This document shows positions 11,406 to 24,725 of a DNA stretch of 64,000 nt, piece by piece. Positions within the stretch are counted from its first letter, which is position 1. Each line of letters begins with the position of its first letter. The DNA lies in contig NC_090416.1 of assembly GCF_036365525.1 (NCBI RefSeq), forward strand, positions 14,064,323 through 14,128,322. Reading direction: 5' to 3'. The position numbers and the translations under genes are program-made. The notes beneath the pieces are model-generated. The model searched no databases. It was not told where the DNA came from and saw only the letters and a program-made list of their open reading frames with translations. Source of the DNA: Heterodontus francisci. Its lineage: Eukaryota.

Positions 11406-13553
11406 TTTCCTATGGTTGTGTGATGCCACGCACTTTACAGCTCAAAAAGATCCCCGATGACAGGAAAGACAGCCCGGGACAACATTCCTCCCTCAAAACC
11501 TCACCGCCAAGATTGACTGGCCATTTTTTTTCCTCATTGCTGTTTATGAAATCCTGCTGTGCACACTGTCTATGTAACAACAGTCACGGAACCCGTGAGT
11601 AACTCACTGGGTGAGGCATGAGCGATATCATGTGCGTTATGGAATCATACAGCACAGACGCAGGCCATTCTCCCCATCGTGTCCGTGCCAACTCTTTGAA
11701 AGAGCCATCCCAATTCGACCCACTTCTCCGTAGAATTACCCATGGCAATGTGGGTACTATATCGACATTTGTCTTGTCTAGTTCTCTGTTTGTACTTAGT
11801 GGGAATTCAGCACCTTTTATTTGTTTAGACATGAAGTTTGAATAAAGTGTGTGGGAGTGAGAAGAACAAGGTACAAAGATAAGCTTTCGGTGGGTATTTT
11901 GTCATCTTGTACTGAAGATCACAAGTTAAATACTGATTCGGAAGATCATTCAGCTCTTTTTTTTGGGTTTCCCCCGCCCGCAATTGGATAATGCTGGGGC
12001 ACCTCTCTGTAAAATGGCATCGTCCTGCTGTCGTGGTTAAAATATTATGCATCGAAATCTTTTTGTGCTGTTTATATGTTACCTCTGTGGGGGGGGGGGG
12101 GTTCCCTCCCAGTATCGATCCTGTCCGCCCACAGATGTTCTATTTTAAAGTGCGCTCTCTGCCGTTTTATCTGTCTGTCTTAATTTAAATGCCATATTTT
12201 TAAATTGAACTTGTATTTCTCAAGCTCTTTTCATGACCTCAAGACGTCCCGAAGCGCTTTCCAGCCAATGAAGTACTTTTGAAGTGTCGTGACTGTTGTA
12301 GAGGGACATGTCAGGCAGTTAGCACATAGCAAGCTCCCACAAACAGCAGTGAGATAAATGAACAGATATTCTTGTTTTTTTTTTTAAATGATGTTGCTTG
12401 AAATATTGGCCTCGGGACACCAGGGAGAACACCCCCCCCCCACCCCCCTCCTCCTCCTTCATGCAATGGGATCTTTTCCACCCACCTGAGAGGGCAGACC
12501 AGGGGCTAAGTGTAACATCTCATCCAAAATATGTGCAGCACTCCCTTTTATAAAAAAAAAAGCATTAACACACTGCCCAGCGCAATATTGAAAAAGTGTT
12601 TCCCATTCTCCAGTGAGCTGGCTGACCTTTCAGTCCCCCTAGTCTCAAAAAGAGACGAATCAATCAGAATTTCTGTTCCTCAATTCTAATGCGGACGTGC
12701 AAATAATTCCGAGGTGATGTCAGTCATTGTGGGCTGTGGTTTCTCATTTCTCTCTGATTACTTTCAGGTTTCACTCCCAGTCACTTGGACCTGAACTGTG
12801 GTGAACCACTGCCTCAACCACAGACACATTCATGGCTTTCAGTCCAGACACACAGTTGTCGCAGGGGATGTTTTATATATATATATATTTTAAAAAGTAG
12901 TTCTTTCCCTCCTCGGCCCAGCTGTTCTTTAAGTGTCAGCCCAGGCTCAGTGGGTGGCACCGTCGCCTCTTGATTGAGAAGGTTGTGGGTTTTGCTCTCA
13001 CTCCGCAGACTCAATTACGTTATCCGTGCTGACGCTCCCAGATGTGAGACGTTAAACAGAGGCCAGGCCCCCGTCTGGCCCCCCACTCTCGGGTGGATTT
13101 AATAGACCTTGCAACGCTTCTTCAAAGAAGAAGGAAGCGGGTTCTCCCGGTGTCTTGGGGCCGATATTTATCCCTCTCAGCCAACGTCACTTTGAATCCA
13201 AAAAAAAAATAACACCAGACGATTTGGGTCGTTGCTGTTTGTGGGATCTTGCTGTGCGCAAATCCGACATTTCCAACATTGCAACAGCGATTGCAGCTCG
13301 GGCAAAAGTACGTCGTTGGCCGTGAAGTGCTTTGGCACGTCCTGTGGTCGGGAAAGGCGCTATATAAATGCAAGTCTTTTGGGGCTGGCAATTCCAGAGG
13401 GATCGGAGCTCCCAGACAATGATGGCATGCTATTTGACCACATGGGATGTTGCATGGCAAGTGTGCAGCAGCATTAGTTCACCCCCCCCCCCCCCCCCAC
13501 CCCACTGGTCAATATGGTTTGTATTGCTGATGTTGTCCTCTTTGTTTCCGCAG

Positions 13554-13724
13554 CTCATTCTTCTGGCTGGTGTCGCTGCTCCTCTCCTCGCTGGTATGGT
13601 TCGTCGCAGTGCAGCTCAGCAACAAGGAGAACCCCAGCGTGCAGCACGGGTTGCTGATCATGGGGGCTGGGATCTCCGTACTGCTGCAAGAGGCTTTCCG
13701 CTTTGCCTGTTACAAACTGCTCAA
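13554..13724 (+). CDS. APH1A: APH-1A exon 2
   Basis: tttccgcag|...SFFWLVSLLLSSLVWFVAVQLSNKENPSVQHGLLIMGAGISVLLQEAFRFACYKLL|gtaagt, 171 nt. Confidence 0.95.
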
Positions 13725-15141
13725 GTAAGTTCCAATCCGTGATGAGCGAAAGAAATCGCTGTGTGTCTCCCCCCCCCCCCCCCCCCCAGTGCAGCACTGC
13801 CGCCCCCAGTGCAGTTCTCCCGGGTATTGCGACCGATATTTCTCCCTCGGCCAACATGACTTTTAAAAAAAAATAATACAGATTGTCGAGCTGAAACGTT
13901 AAGCCCGTGTTCCCCTCTCCGCACATGCTGCCTGACTTCTGAGCATTTGCAGCGTTTTCTGCTTCCACTTCAGATTTCCAGCATCCAGCAGCTTTCCTAA
14001 AACCGCTCAGCTGGCCGTTATCTCGGTGCTGTTTGCTCGGGATCTTGCTGTGCAAATCGCCTGCCCCCGTTTCTCTGCGTTCCCCCGTTTTGAGACTGCT
14101 CAATTCCCTGTGAAGCTCTTGAGGTGTCCTGAGGATGTGAAAGGTTTTTTTTTCCCTTGTTAAGTAAGCTAGAATGAGCTACTCCTTTGACATGAGGTCG
14201 ACTGAACGATCCCGACGTGCCATCACATACAGGAAAACTCCGGCCACGCCAACTGTGATTTTAAAATGGGGACTATTCTGCACTGCCCTATCTGTCCCTC
14301 TGCTTGGCACAGTGGGTATCTCACTTACTTCTGTGTTAAAAGGTTGTAGGTTCAAGCTTCACTTTAGAATTCAAACCCATAATCTCGACTAGTTCAATTC
14401 AGTGCTTTTATTTTTAAAAACTTGTATTTATTTAGCCCCTTGCATGACCTCAGGAAGTCCCAAAGTGCTCTCCAGCCAATGAAGTACTTTCGAAGTGTGC
14501 TCATAGAGTCACAATGGCACAGAAGGAGGCCGTTTGGCCCATCGAGTCCATGCTGGCTGTCCATACGGCAATCCACTCAGTCCCACTTCCCCCCCCCCCC
14601 CCCCCTGCTGTATCCCTCGTAGCCCTGCAAGTTTATTTCCCTCAAGTGCCCATCCAATTTCCTACCGAAATCGTTGATCGTCTCGCTGTTGTAATGTAGG
14701 AAACGCAGCTGTCAATTTGTGCAAAGCAAAAGCCCGCAAACAGCTGTGCGGTAGTGACAAGATAATCTGTTTTGTTAGGGACGTTGGTTGTGGAATCATA
14801 GAATCTTGTACAACAGGAGGAGGCCATTTGGCCCATTTTCCCTGTGCTGGCTCTTTCTCTTGATTTGAGGGATAAATATTGGCCCAGGGGAAGCATTCCC
14901 CTCCTGTTCTTCGAAATGGTGGCCGTGGCATCTTTTACACCCACCTGATTGGGCAGATGGGGTCTCATCCGAAGAAAGGCACCTCAGGCTGTGCAGCACC
15001 GAGGAAAAGCGGGAAGGGTGTAGCGTGTTTTCCTTCTCATCCGAGACAGAGCTCAGTACGCAGGGTTTCAGTTGTTTCAGCTGCTGTGACTGGAAGCACA
15101 AGTATTCTTTAATCTTCCACCTATCTCCTTTGTACCTGCAG

Positions 15142-15215
15142 GAAAGCTGACCAAGGCCTCACAGCGATAAGTGAAGATGGAAGATTGCCCATCTCGATTC
15201 AACAGATGGCATATG
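15142..15215 (+). CDS. APH1A: APH-1A exon 3
   Basis: cctgcag|KADQGLTAISEDGRLPISIQQMAY|gtaaaa, 74 nt. Confidence 0.95.
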
Positions 15216-15597
15216 GTAAAAGAAACCTACAGCCCATTACATAGAAGTTACAGCATGGGAACAGACCCGTCGTGTTGGAACACCATGTTCTGCTTCATTG
15301 CGAATTTAATTGTAAATTTGCTCACCGACCCACAAAAGCTCCCGGTCCAGCAAAGCCTCTTTTATTTGTTTTTATTTTTTGTTACATCCTCGTCCTTGTT
15401 TTCAAATCCCTCCATGGCCTCCTTGCCCGCTCCCTATCTCTATAACCTCCTCCCGCCATACAACCCTCCGATATCTCTGCGCTCCTCCAATTCTGGCCTC
15501 TTGCGCATCCCTGGTTTGGGATTGAATTTCCCAGGTGTGTTGAGAGAGGTGCCTCACAGCCCATCCTCACGTGCGCCTCTCCCTCTCTCTTCCGCAG

Positions 15598-15720
15598 TTT
15601 CAGGTCTCGCTTTCGGAGTCATCAGCGGTGCCTTCTCAGTCATCAACATACTGTCGGACTCGCTGGGACCGGGTGTGGTGGGAATTCACGGCGGGTCACC
15701 CTACTTCTTTCTTACCTCAG
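15598..15720 (+). CDS. APH1A: APH-1A exon 4
   Basis: tccgcag|VSGLAFGVISGAFSVINILSDSLGPGVVGIHGGSPYFFLTS|gtgagt, with the GxxxG motif, 123 nt. Confidence 0.95.
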
Positions 15721-16439
15721 GTGAGTTGAGGAAACAAGGGACCCCCGCGTGGTGACTACACTCACATCAATTGCATGGCGGCATCTGGTAAAGCGACCCC
15801 AGATCCGTGTGGTGTCCTGATTTCAGGAATGTTATGTTGTATGTTCCCTGTCCTTCCACTGAAGTCGCTGATTACATTCTGAGTTGAAGGATGAACGTGT
15901 TTAACTTTGGGTCTCAGGTGTGGCTCGGTGGGTAGTCCTCTCGCCTCTGAGCCAGAAGGTTGTGGATTCGAGTCCCACTCTGGGGACATGAGCACATAAT
16001 CTGAGAGGACGCTCCCAGTGCCAGTACCGAGGGAGTGCCGCACTGTCTTGAGGTGCCGTCTGCCCTCCGGTGAATGGAAACCTGCCATCCTTACCCTGCC
16101 TGGGCCTATATGTGACTCCCATCCCACACGAACATGGCTAACTCGTAACTGCCCCGTGAAGTGACCGAGCAAGCTGTTTGGTTGTATGATACCCGCTGTC
16201 AGTGGTTAAAGAAGGCGGCCCACCAGCACTTTCTCAGGGGCAACTAGGGATGGGCAACAAATGGCAGCCTTGCCAGTGACGCTCACATCCCTGGAGTGAA
16301 TCTCAAAGAAAAGTTCTGAATTTGCATTCAACCCAAAGCCCTGCCCGAACAGTGCTGAATGGGGAAAATCTACCCCTTGGAGAAAGTTAACACACGCGCA
16401 CACACACACACTAACTGGGTGATTCCTGTCTCTCTGCAG

Positions 16440-16567
16440 CTTTCCTGACCATGGCTGTTGTTCTCTTGCACACGTTCTGGGGGGTCGTGTTCTTTGACGC
16501 CTGTGAGAAGAGGAGGTGGCTGGCGCTGGCGGCAGTCGTCATTAGTCACGTTCTGACGTCGGGCCTG
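16440..16567 (+). CDS. APH1A: APH-1A exon 5
   Basis: tctgcag|AFLTMAVVLLHTFWGVVFFDACEKRRWLALAAVVISHVLTSGL|gtgagt, both conserved intramembrane His, 128 nt. Confidence 0.95.
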
Positions 16568-17796
16568 GTGAGTCTACCTCTTTACATCTCCCCTCCCCCA
16601 ACCAGCAGCCACTGGCTGACAGGCAGGGTAACGACCCTCCCTTGTCCACCTGTGAGTCCAAACAGTGAGTGTCCGCCAGGCCACTTGACAGTAAGAGTAG
16701 CTGATCCGGATCCTGAGCGGGGAATGTGATGCATTCCACAGCCGAATAACCTGCTGGCCTCTCACTGCCTGGTCTTGGACATGAAGAATGCCCTCTTGAC
16801 CAGGCAATCAAGTGATCTTAACTACCCCTTGTGAACAGACCCCAGCAGGAGTCAGTACTTTCAGGGGTGAAGGGCAGATTGGTAATATGTTGGAGCTGGG
16901 TTGGGATTCTATGCGACACAGTTATAGGATGCAGTGACCACGGTTATGTCTTGCTGACCCTTATATTTTGGGTTTCGGGAAGCACATATTTCTGCAGGGA
17001 GATGCCTGGAGGAAGTGATTATTGAAGTAAACTCAGTGAGTCTGTCTGTTCAAGTGGAAGATAAAGATCCCAGAGTGAGAGTGGGGAGTTCGCCTGGCGT
17101 CCTGGCCAACATTCCTCTCCCAGTCAACACTGCTGTTTGAGGGAAGATGACCGGTGCAGAATGCAGGCTATGTTACAACCCTTCAAAGCATTTAATCATG
17201 CAAAGCACTTTGAGACATTTCGATCTGGCACTGTGTCGTTTGCTCACTAAGGACGAGACATTAAACCGGGGCCCCGTCTGCCCTCCCAGGTGGACGTAAA
17301 AGATCCCATGGCCACTATTTTGAAGAGCTGGTTAGGTCATCCCAGTGTCCCGACGCTGGTACCGATCGCTCAGTCAACATCTACAACAGATGACCTGGCC
17401 ATTGCCGCATTGCTGTATGTGGGATCTTTCTGTGCGCAGATTGGCCTGCCGTGTTTCCTACATTACAAATACTGAATTAGCTGTAAAGGCAACTTGCAAT
17501 GTCTTGAGGTCCAAAGGCCCTGTAGAAATGAGAGTTCTTTTCTTTCTATTCTGCCCTGTGGTTTTCTTTCATTTTGTCTGCACAGATTAACCTCCTCAAT
17601 CGCCACCTTTCTTTCCGACCATATGCAGAGTGGGAGCTTGGTGTCTCTCCCCAAGCAGGGAAGGGCCTGTCACCCCGCAGTCAACTACCTTGAATGGGAA
17701 ATGTAGTAAATTTTCAAAATACATGAACTGTTCCTCACTGCCTCAGTGCTGCTGTCCTGCAAATGACCTTTTAATTCCTTTTTTTTTCCTTTTTAG

Positions 17797-17920
17797 ACAT
17801 TTCTAAATCCTTGGTATGAGGGAAGCCTTGTTCTGATTTATGGCATCACGGTTGCCATGGGAGCCTGGGCCTACTTGACAGCAGGAGGATCGGTGCAGAA
17901 TATCTGGCGCTGCGTCACAT
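17797..17920 (+). CDS. APH1A: APH-1A exon 6
   Basis: ttttag|TFLNPWYEGSLVLIYGITVAMGAWAYLTAGGSVQNIWRCVT|gtaggt, 124 nt. Confidence 0.95.
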
Positions 17921-18646
17921 GTAGGTACACATGGTGTTAATGCCCATCATTTCCTGCCCCCCTCCCCAGTATGACCCAAACTGGTGCAAGTCTTCTGTGA
18001 CTGGATTTTTTTTTTTACATGCTTTCTGTTCTCTCCCGAGGACATCGGCACCCTCGCGATCGTGTGGTCAGTGGTTTCGTGCAAGTCCCATGCACTAGAA
18101 GTCTTCCAGGTCAGCTGTCCGACTGTGGGGGGCATCACAGCCGATCCCCGCTCTTGCCTGCCTTGCACTGGGTAGAGATCAGGAGTGGACGCTGATTTGT
18201 TCCCCTCCCACCCCAACCCCAGCCTAGGGCTCTTAGTCTTCTAACAACCTGATACATCAATGGTGGTGTTGGTCAGTCTGTTATCAGACAATCTCCCATA
18301 GATCCAGACACCAAAGAAGGAAACCCCTACGCCCCTCCCCCACCAAGCAGTGATGAAGGACTTTGGGAACCATAGGTCCAAAATCATCTGTTCCTCTGCT
18401 ACACTTGCCCCACATCCTGTCTCGGTTGAATCTATAGCGTGTCCCCTCCAGGTTGACCTCGGCACAGTAACCTCTCCAGGGTTCAAGGGAAGAATAGTGA
18501 GCTGGCTGAGGCAGCCAGAGGGCTGCAGGACCTTTGAAAACCTGCTGCAGAAATCCAAGGAGGAGAGAGAGCCAACTACTGGTAAACAGACAAAATGAGT
18601 TGTCTTCTCCCTGCTCCGCCCAGATATTCCTGGGCGCAATGTGGAT

Positions 18647-19040
18647 TAAAGGCCTGCTCGGATCTACAAAAAAGAAACCCGACCCGAGACCAACAGAACC
18701 GCATTCGACCCAGCCCGAGTCTTTCCATTTTTTTTTTGCCAAGCCCGACCCGACCGCCGGAATGTTCACTTTACCTACCTTCTGATTCCGAAGCCGCAGC
18801 ATGAGCGCGGTGACGTCGTGGAGACGCTCACTGCGCAGACTCAGAGTTTCCCTCCTTGACGTCCCGGACTCCCAGCTCGGGCAGGCTTTTCAACTTTTAA
18901 ACACTTAATTAAACTCAACGTCCCATCAGAGCAAAATGTAATACTTACTGCGTGTGTCCGAGGCCGAAAGACGGACTCGGAAGAGCGACCCGACCTGGAA
19001 CCGACACTTCATCGGGTTCGGGTCGGGTAGCAGGCCTTTA
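18647..19040. mobile_element. hAT-type MITE, same family as 6664-6980, opposite orientation
   Basis: Perfect 12-bp TIR taaaggcctgct / agcaggccttta, cccgacccga subterminal repeats; no matching TSD. Confidence 0.75.
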
Positions 19041-19930
19041 CCCCCAGGGGTCAATTTTGGGACTTCTGCTTTTCTTGATTATATATTAATAACCTAGACT
19101 TGGGTGTACAAGAGCACAATTTCAAAGTCTGCAGATGGCTGAAACCTTGGAAGTATTGTGAACTGTGAGGAGGATAGTGATGGACTTCAAGAGAACATAG
19201 ACAGGAATGGACGGAGAAGTGGAAGATGGAATTTAATGCAGAGAAGTGTGAAGTGATACATTTTGGTAGGAAGAATGAGGAGAGGCAATATAAAATAAAG
19301 GGCACAATTCTAAAGGGGGTGCAGGAGCAGAGGGACCTGGGGGTATATGTATACAAATGATTGAAGGTAGCAGGACAGGTTGAGAAAGCAGTTAATAAAG
19401 CCGACAGGATCCTGGGCTTTATAAATAGAGTACAAAAGCAAGGAAGTTATGGTGAACCTGTATAAAACTCTGGTTCAGCCTCACCTGGAGTATTGTATCC
19501 AGTTCTGGGCTTTCAGAAGAATGTTAAGGCATTAGAGAGGGTGCTGAAAAGATTTATGAGAATGATTCTAGGGATGAAGGACTTCAGTCATGTGGATAGA
19601 TTAGAGAAGCTGGGACAGTTCTACTTGGAGAAGAGAAGATTAAGAGATTTGACAGAGGTGTTCAAAATCACAAGGGGGCTGGACAGAGTAGATAGGGGGA
19701 AACTGCTCCCGTTGGTGGAAGGATCGAGAACCAGGAGGGCACCGATTTTTAAGGCGATTGGCAAAAGAAGCAACAGCGACCTGAGGAAGAACTTCTTCAC
19801 ACAGCAAGTGGTTCGGATCTGGAATTCACTGCCTGAGAGTGTGGTGGAGGCAGATTCAATCGAGGCACTCCAAAGGGTATTGGATAATTAACCTGAAGAG
19901 AACATTTGCAAGCTTACAGGTGAAAGGTTG
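19041..19930 (+). mobile_element. CR1-type LINE, degenerate RT-to-3' fragment
   Basis: Frameshifted RT remnants and [12 protein letters not shown]...NFFTQQVVRIWNSLPESVVEADSI. Confidence 0.8.
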
Positions 19931-20149
19931 AGGTGATCCACTGTAACCATTCTGTGACGTTCTAAGTGTTTCTATTCCGCACGCTGGATTGAGGCTCAGC
20001 TGTCATTCTTCAACCCCACCCCCACACACTATGGTGAAATATCCTGCTGCTACTCTCTGGCTGGGTTCGTAGATGGAGAATGGCCACTCGACTGACAAAC
20101 TGGAGGGCACCTCCTGTAACTGGACAACTGCATTCGGTTATGGGCACAG

Positions 20150-20670
20150 CACATCAGGACGGGCTCAGAGTGGGTGCAGCTCAGATTCACCGGAATGATC
20201 CCAGGGTTAAGAGGGTTAAATTATGAGAACAGGTTGCATAAGACCAGGCTTGTATTCCCTTGAGTTTTAATACTGAGGTATTCAATTGAAGTGTTTCAAA
20301 GTGAGTAAAGGAGTTGAGAGGGTAGATAAGGAGAAACATATTTCCTCTGGTCAGGGAGGAGTCCAGAACATTGAGGGGGCGCGGGGGGGGGGCAGAACCT
20401 TAAAATTCGAGCCAATGCCATTCAGGGGCGATATCTGGGAGCACTACTTCACACAAAGGGAAGTGGAAATCTGGAACTCTCTCCCTCCATAAAGCTGTCC
20501 AGGCTGGGGAGGTCAGTTGGAAATGTCAAAACTGAGATTGATAGATCTTTGTTGGGCCAGGGTACGAATCAGGTAAGTGAATGGAGTAAAGGTTCAGATT
20601 ATTCATGATCAAATTGAATGTCGGAACCGGCTTGAGGGACTGAATGGCCTCCTCGTGTTCCAATGTAACT
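20150..20670 (+). mobile_element. CR1-type LINE 3' fragment
   Basis: HYFTQREVEIWNSLP and CR1-like 3' UTR ending tgaatggcctcctc. Confidence 0.7.
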
Positions 20671-20935
20671 GAGGTCCAGTACGGGTCATTTGGGAAAGAT
20701 GGGGACAGTGTTGGAAGACACGTTGGTCATGGTTAGTCGCGGTCAATGTTGCATCAACAGGTGAGAAACTCTGCAGGATAGAAGTGTAAGCTGGAGTGTT
20801 GCTGCTTTTTTTTTTTAATTTTTGATGTGTGGGGATAAGGGTCAGTGCATAGGTGTGTCCGGATCCCTCGAAGGGTTAACTGCGCTCGCGCTGGCTCGCT
20901 CTCTTTCTCGGTTGACCCCGTTGTTTGTGTTTTAG

Positions 20936-21000
20936 GCAAACAGGAGCCCGACCCCCACGTTCTGGTCTATTCAGCTCTCCAGCCACCAGCTGAGGATTGA
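20936..21000 (+). CDS. APH1A: APH-1A exon 7 (long-isoform C-terminus)
   Basis: tgttttag|CKQEPDPHVLVYSALQPPAED*, matching human APH1aL CRRQEDSRVMVYSALRIPPED; this tail distinguishes APH1A from APH1B. Confidence 0.92.
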
Positions 21001-24000
21001 AGATCAGTCCGACTGCTCCTCCTGGCCCCTCCACTTGACCAACCTGCCCACACACCTTCCCTCGGGCTGTGTGGTGCCCAGCTCCCTTCAGAACACCAAG
21101 ACAACACGGACTCGGACAGCAATTATTTGTTGTGTGTGTTGGACGGGGCATTGTGAAGCAGGCGGTGGAAGGGCTTAACACTGATTTACCTCAAGCAATG
21201 ACCTGGTCCGTCCCCTGGAAGGGAACGGACTTCTCGGAAGAAGCAAGTCGACTACTGAACTCATTATGGGACTCTTGATCTGAACTCTGTCACAGTGCAA
21301 TACTATATTAGCATGGGTGTGAATTTTCTTTTCCCCTGTTACGGCGCAGGGACTGATTTATCTAATCTTTCGGCTGGAGTTCAACTGAAAGGCGAGGGGA
21401 CAGGGTGTGTCGCTCGACCTACTCCGTTTTCCCAATGGGACTTCAATAGCATTCCACATATGCCTGTCAGGGCTTTGACTGGTCGAACCAGAGGAAAGGT
21501 TCTCTCTGTCCTGTGTGATTTATTTAAACGGAGCTCTGTGTACCCCTCAAACTCTGGCAAGAGCAAAAAAACCATTGCTCAACACTTCACAGGTAGCCAA
21601 TCTCTGGGTTTAAAAATAAAAAGGAAGGTGAATTCTCCCTGACTACCTCCACCCCTCACTGCCTGGCCGGGGACTATGATTTTTGCTTCTTCAAAGTGTT
21701 TCCCTAGGGTAACGTGTCGTCGAAACTTGCTGCAAAGTAAGAGCTGACAGTTCTACTGTATTGGGATCTGCAGCCACCTTTAGCTTTCCTCGTGCACGCA
21801 TTGCAGCCTAGCATCGGGCACCAAAAGTAAAAGCTCCGTCTACTCTGGCCCCTCTCACTCTGCCTCAGCACCACACTCCCACCCCACCCTCCCGAAACTC
21901 AGCCATTTCTGCAGCTTTTCCATATCCACCATCCTTTTGTGGAGCTTTGAGTGATTGTCAGTTTCTGTGCCACGTTTGCCCCAAAGCAGGCCGAGTGAGG
22001 CTGTCCAGCACCTCTTCCTTTGGGAGCCATTGGAGAGAAAGTCTCCCGTCAGCGTGAGCTGCGTTTAGACCCAGGTCAGGGAGGTGAAAGATCGTGTCAG
22101 ATGTATCTCATCACCTGCAGATTCCTCATAGTTTCAATGCAGCATTACTTAAACACACTCCCTCAGGATCTGAACTGGAACGGGGTGGATAGCATCCATA
22201 GTTCTCATAGATCCTCCTCCATTTAGTTGTTCTCCCAGGTGCACCAAGACTACTTAGTAGGCTTGAGGTACATTTCAGGCGGTGGAAAAGGCACCCTTGG
22301 CGGCCCTAAATTCAAGAGGGCTGACCAGCCTGTGTACTGAGGACCCTGTCTGTCTCTCCAAAGAAATTGGTTATATATATTGAGCGAGTGTGTGGCATGG
22401 AGAAGGGGATTATGAATTAAATTGTTCTGTAAGGCCTATTTAAAAACAAAAACTGGAAAGATAAACCTCACCACAAACAGACCGTAAATAAGGTCATGAA
22501 TGAGCTACAGTGATCAGCTGCCTTAACGCACAATTCAATATGGCAGAAGAGGTGTCTATATTCAACTGAATAATGTGACTTGTAACAAGATGATTTTGAT
22601 TATACGCATATTCACTTGAGTATTAGTATTTGATTTAAAATACAATTACAGTATTTTACTTATTTTATTGGAGTTGTCCTTTTGTTTTACATGCTGCTGC
22701 CCGGTGACATCATCCGAAAGCACAGGGTTAGTTTGCACATACACGCTGACGACACCCAGCTCTACCTCACCACCACCTCTCTCTCCTCAGGCCTGCTTAT
22801 CCCACATCCAGTACTGGGTGAGCAGAAATTTTCTCCAATTAAATGTTGGGAAGACTGAAGCCATCGTTTCCGGTCCCCACTCCAAACTTCGTTCCCTAGC
22901 TACCGACTCCATCCCTGGCAGCGTTCTAAGGTTAAGCCAGTCATATTTGACCCCCCAAGATGAACTCCGACCTCATTCGTGCCATCACGAAGACCGCATA
23001 TTTCCACCTCCGTAACATCGCCTGACTTCGCCCCTGTCTCTGCTAAACTGCCACTGAAACCCACATTCGTGCATTTGCTACCTTTAGACTTGACTATTTA
23101 ATGCACAACTTTAATTGTTCCACCATCGGTGGCACCGCCTTCAGTTCCTCAGGCCCTAAGCGCTGGAATTTGCTCCCTACATATCTCCACCTTGCTTTCC
23201 TCTTCTAAGACACTCCTTAAAACCTACCTCTTTGACCAAGCTTTTGGTCATCTGACCTAATATCTCATGTGGCTGGGTGTCATATATTTTGTTTTATAAT
23301 GCTCCTGTAAAGTGCCTTAACTGCGCTGTATAAATGTAAGTTTTGGCTCGTGTTGCTGCTGTGGGTCCCGCTGTCCCAGCGTGACGGCTCTCTGGAGCCT
23401 GGCACCTGCACTCTGTTTTCATGCTCCCCGTTTGCCGTCCCGCTGGGTACAATTCCGCCGGCGTTGCGTTCCCATCCGAGCTGTGCGCTAAATGGCTCTC
23501 GCGCTTCCTGCCTCACCACAGCCACTGCACGTCATTGGCCCTGAAACACTTCTGGGTGTCCAAAGGCGCAGTAGAAATGAAGGTTTGTTCCTTCTCAAGT
23601 CGCTCTAGACAAGGGGAGACGGTGGCGTGGTGATATTGTCACCAAACTAGTAATCCAGAGGCCTAGGCTAATGCTCTGGGGACATGGGATCAAATCCCAC
23701 CGTGGCATTTAATTTTAAAAAATTCATTTAATGAATAAAAATCTGGAATGAAAGCTAGTCTTAGTAATGGTGCCATGAAACTAGCATCAATTATTGTTAA
23801 AAACCCATCGGGTTCACTAATGTCCTTTAGGGAAGGAAATCTGCTGTCCTTACCTGGTGTGGCCTACGTGTGACTCCAAACCCAACAGCCTGCCCTCTGA
23901 AATGGCCCACCGGGCCACTCAGTTGTCAAAGACAATTAGGGATGGGCAACAAATGCTGGTCTTGCCAGAGCCGCCCACATCCCATGAAAGAATTTAAAAA

Positions 24001-24120
24001 AAAAAATAAGTTGTTGATTGCAAACACCAGAAAGCCAGCCTGGAGATTAGGGCGGGGAGACCGAGAGAAAGTAACTTGCAAATCATGACTCCGCACAGTT
24101 TTACACACCTTTTATTTGTG

Positions 24121-24139
24121 TTGCCATTAGGTGGCAGCA
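24121..24139 (+). promoter_or_regulatory. Candidate CTCF site between the convergent APH1A and CA14 3' ends
   Basis: ttgccattaggtggcagca resembles the CTCF core consensus. Confidence 0.45.
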
Positions 24140-24329
24140 GGGTGCCTTGTAAAGTGAATCATCAGCAATGAGACCAAAGGCCAGTCAACGTGACCAGTCC
24201 TCCTTGCCTTTAAATAGGGCCAGTCAATTCAACAGAACAGGCAGACGGGATCTCGGTCATCCAGAAGCCTAGATTGAGTGCCTATTATCTGATCTCAGTA
24301 CGATGCACAGTTCTGGTCTCCATACTGCC

Positions 24330-24725
24330 ACAGCTGAGAGGAATGGATGAACGAGTTGGTTTTTTTGTAGAAAATAGAAGGCTGAGATGTGACCTGAGAG
24401 GTCTTTTTAAGATTATGCAAAGGTTCGACAGGGTAGACGTAGAGAAGATGTTTCCACTTGTGGGAGGGACCAACGATAGGGCCCATAATTATAGTTATTA
24501 ATAAATCCAATGGGGAATTCAGGAGCAACTTCTTTCCCCAGAGAGTGGTGAGAATGTGGAACTCGCTACCACAGGGAGTGGTTGAGGGGGAATAGCAGAG
24601 ATACATTTAATGGGAAGCAGGATAAACGCATGAGGGAGAAAGGAATAGGAGGATATGGGGATAGGGTGAGATGAAGAGAGGGTGAGATGAAGAGAGGGTG
24701 GGAGGAGGCTCGTGTGGAGCATATC
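24330..24725 (+). mobile_element. CR1-type LINE 3' fragment
   Basis: NRRLRCDLRGLFKIMQRFDRVDVEKMFPLVG. Confidence 0.7.

Noticed and set aside
12932-13010. tRNA-like sequences with A/B boxes (here and at other SINE starts)
   Set aside because: They continue directly into the SINE body and lack a complete cloverleaf; SINE heads, not tRNA genes.
21803-21855. Weak similarity to the 70-bp repeat unit in the APH1A 3' region
   Set aside because: Too short and diverged to call by eye.
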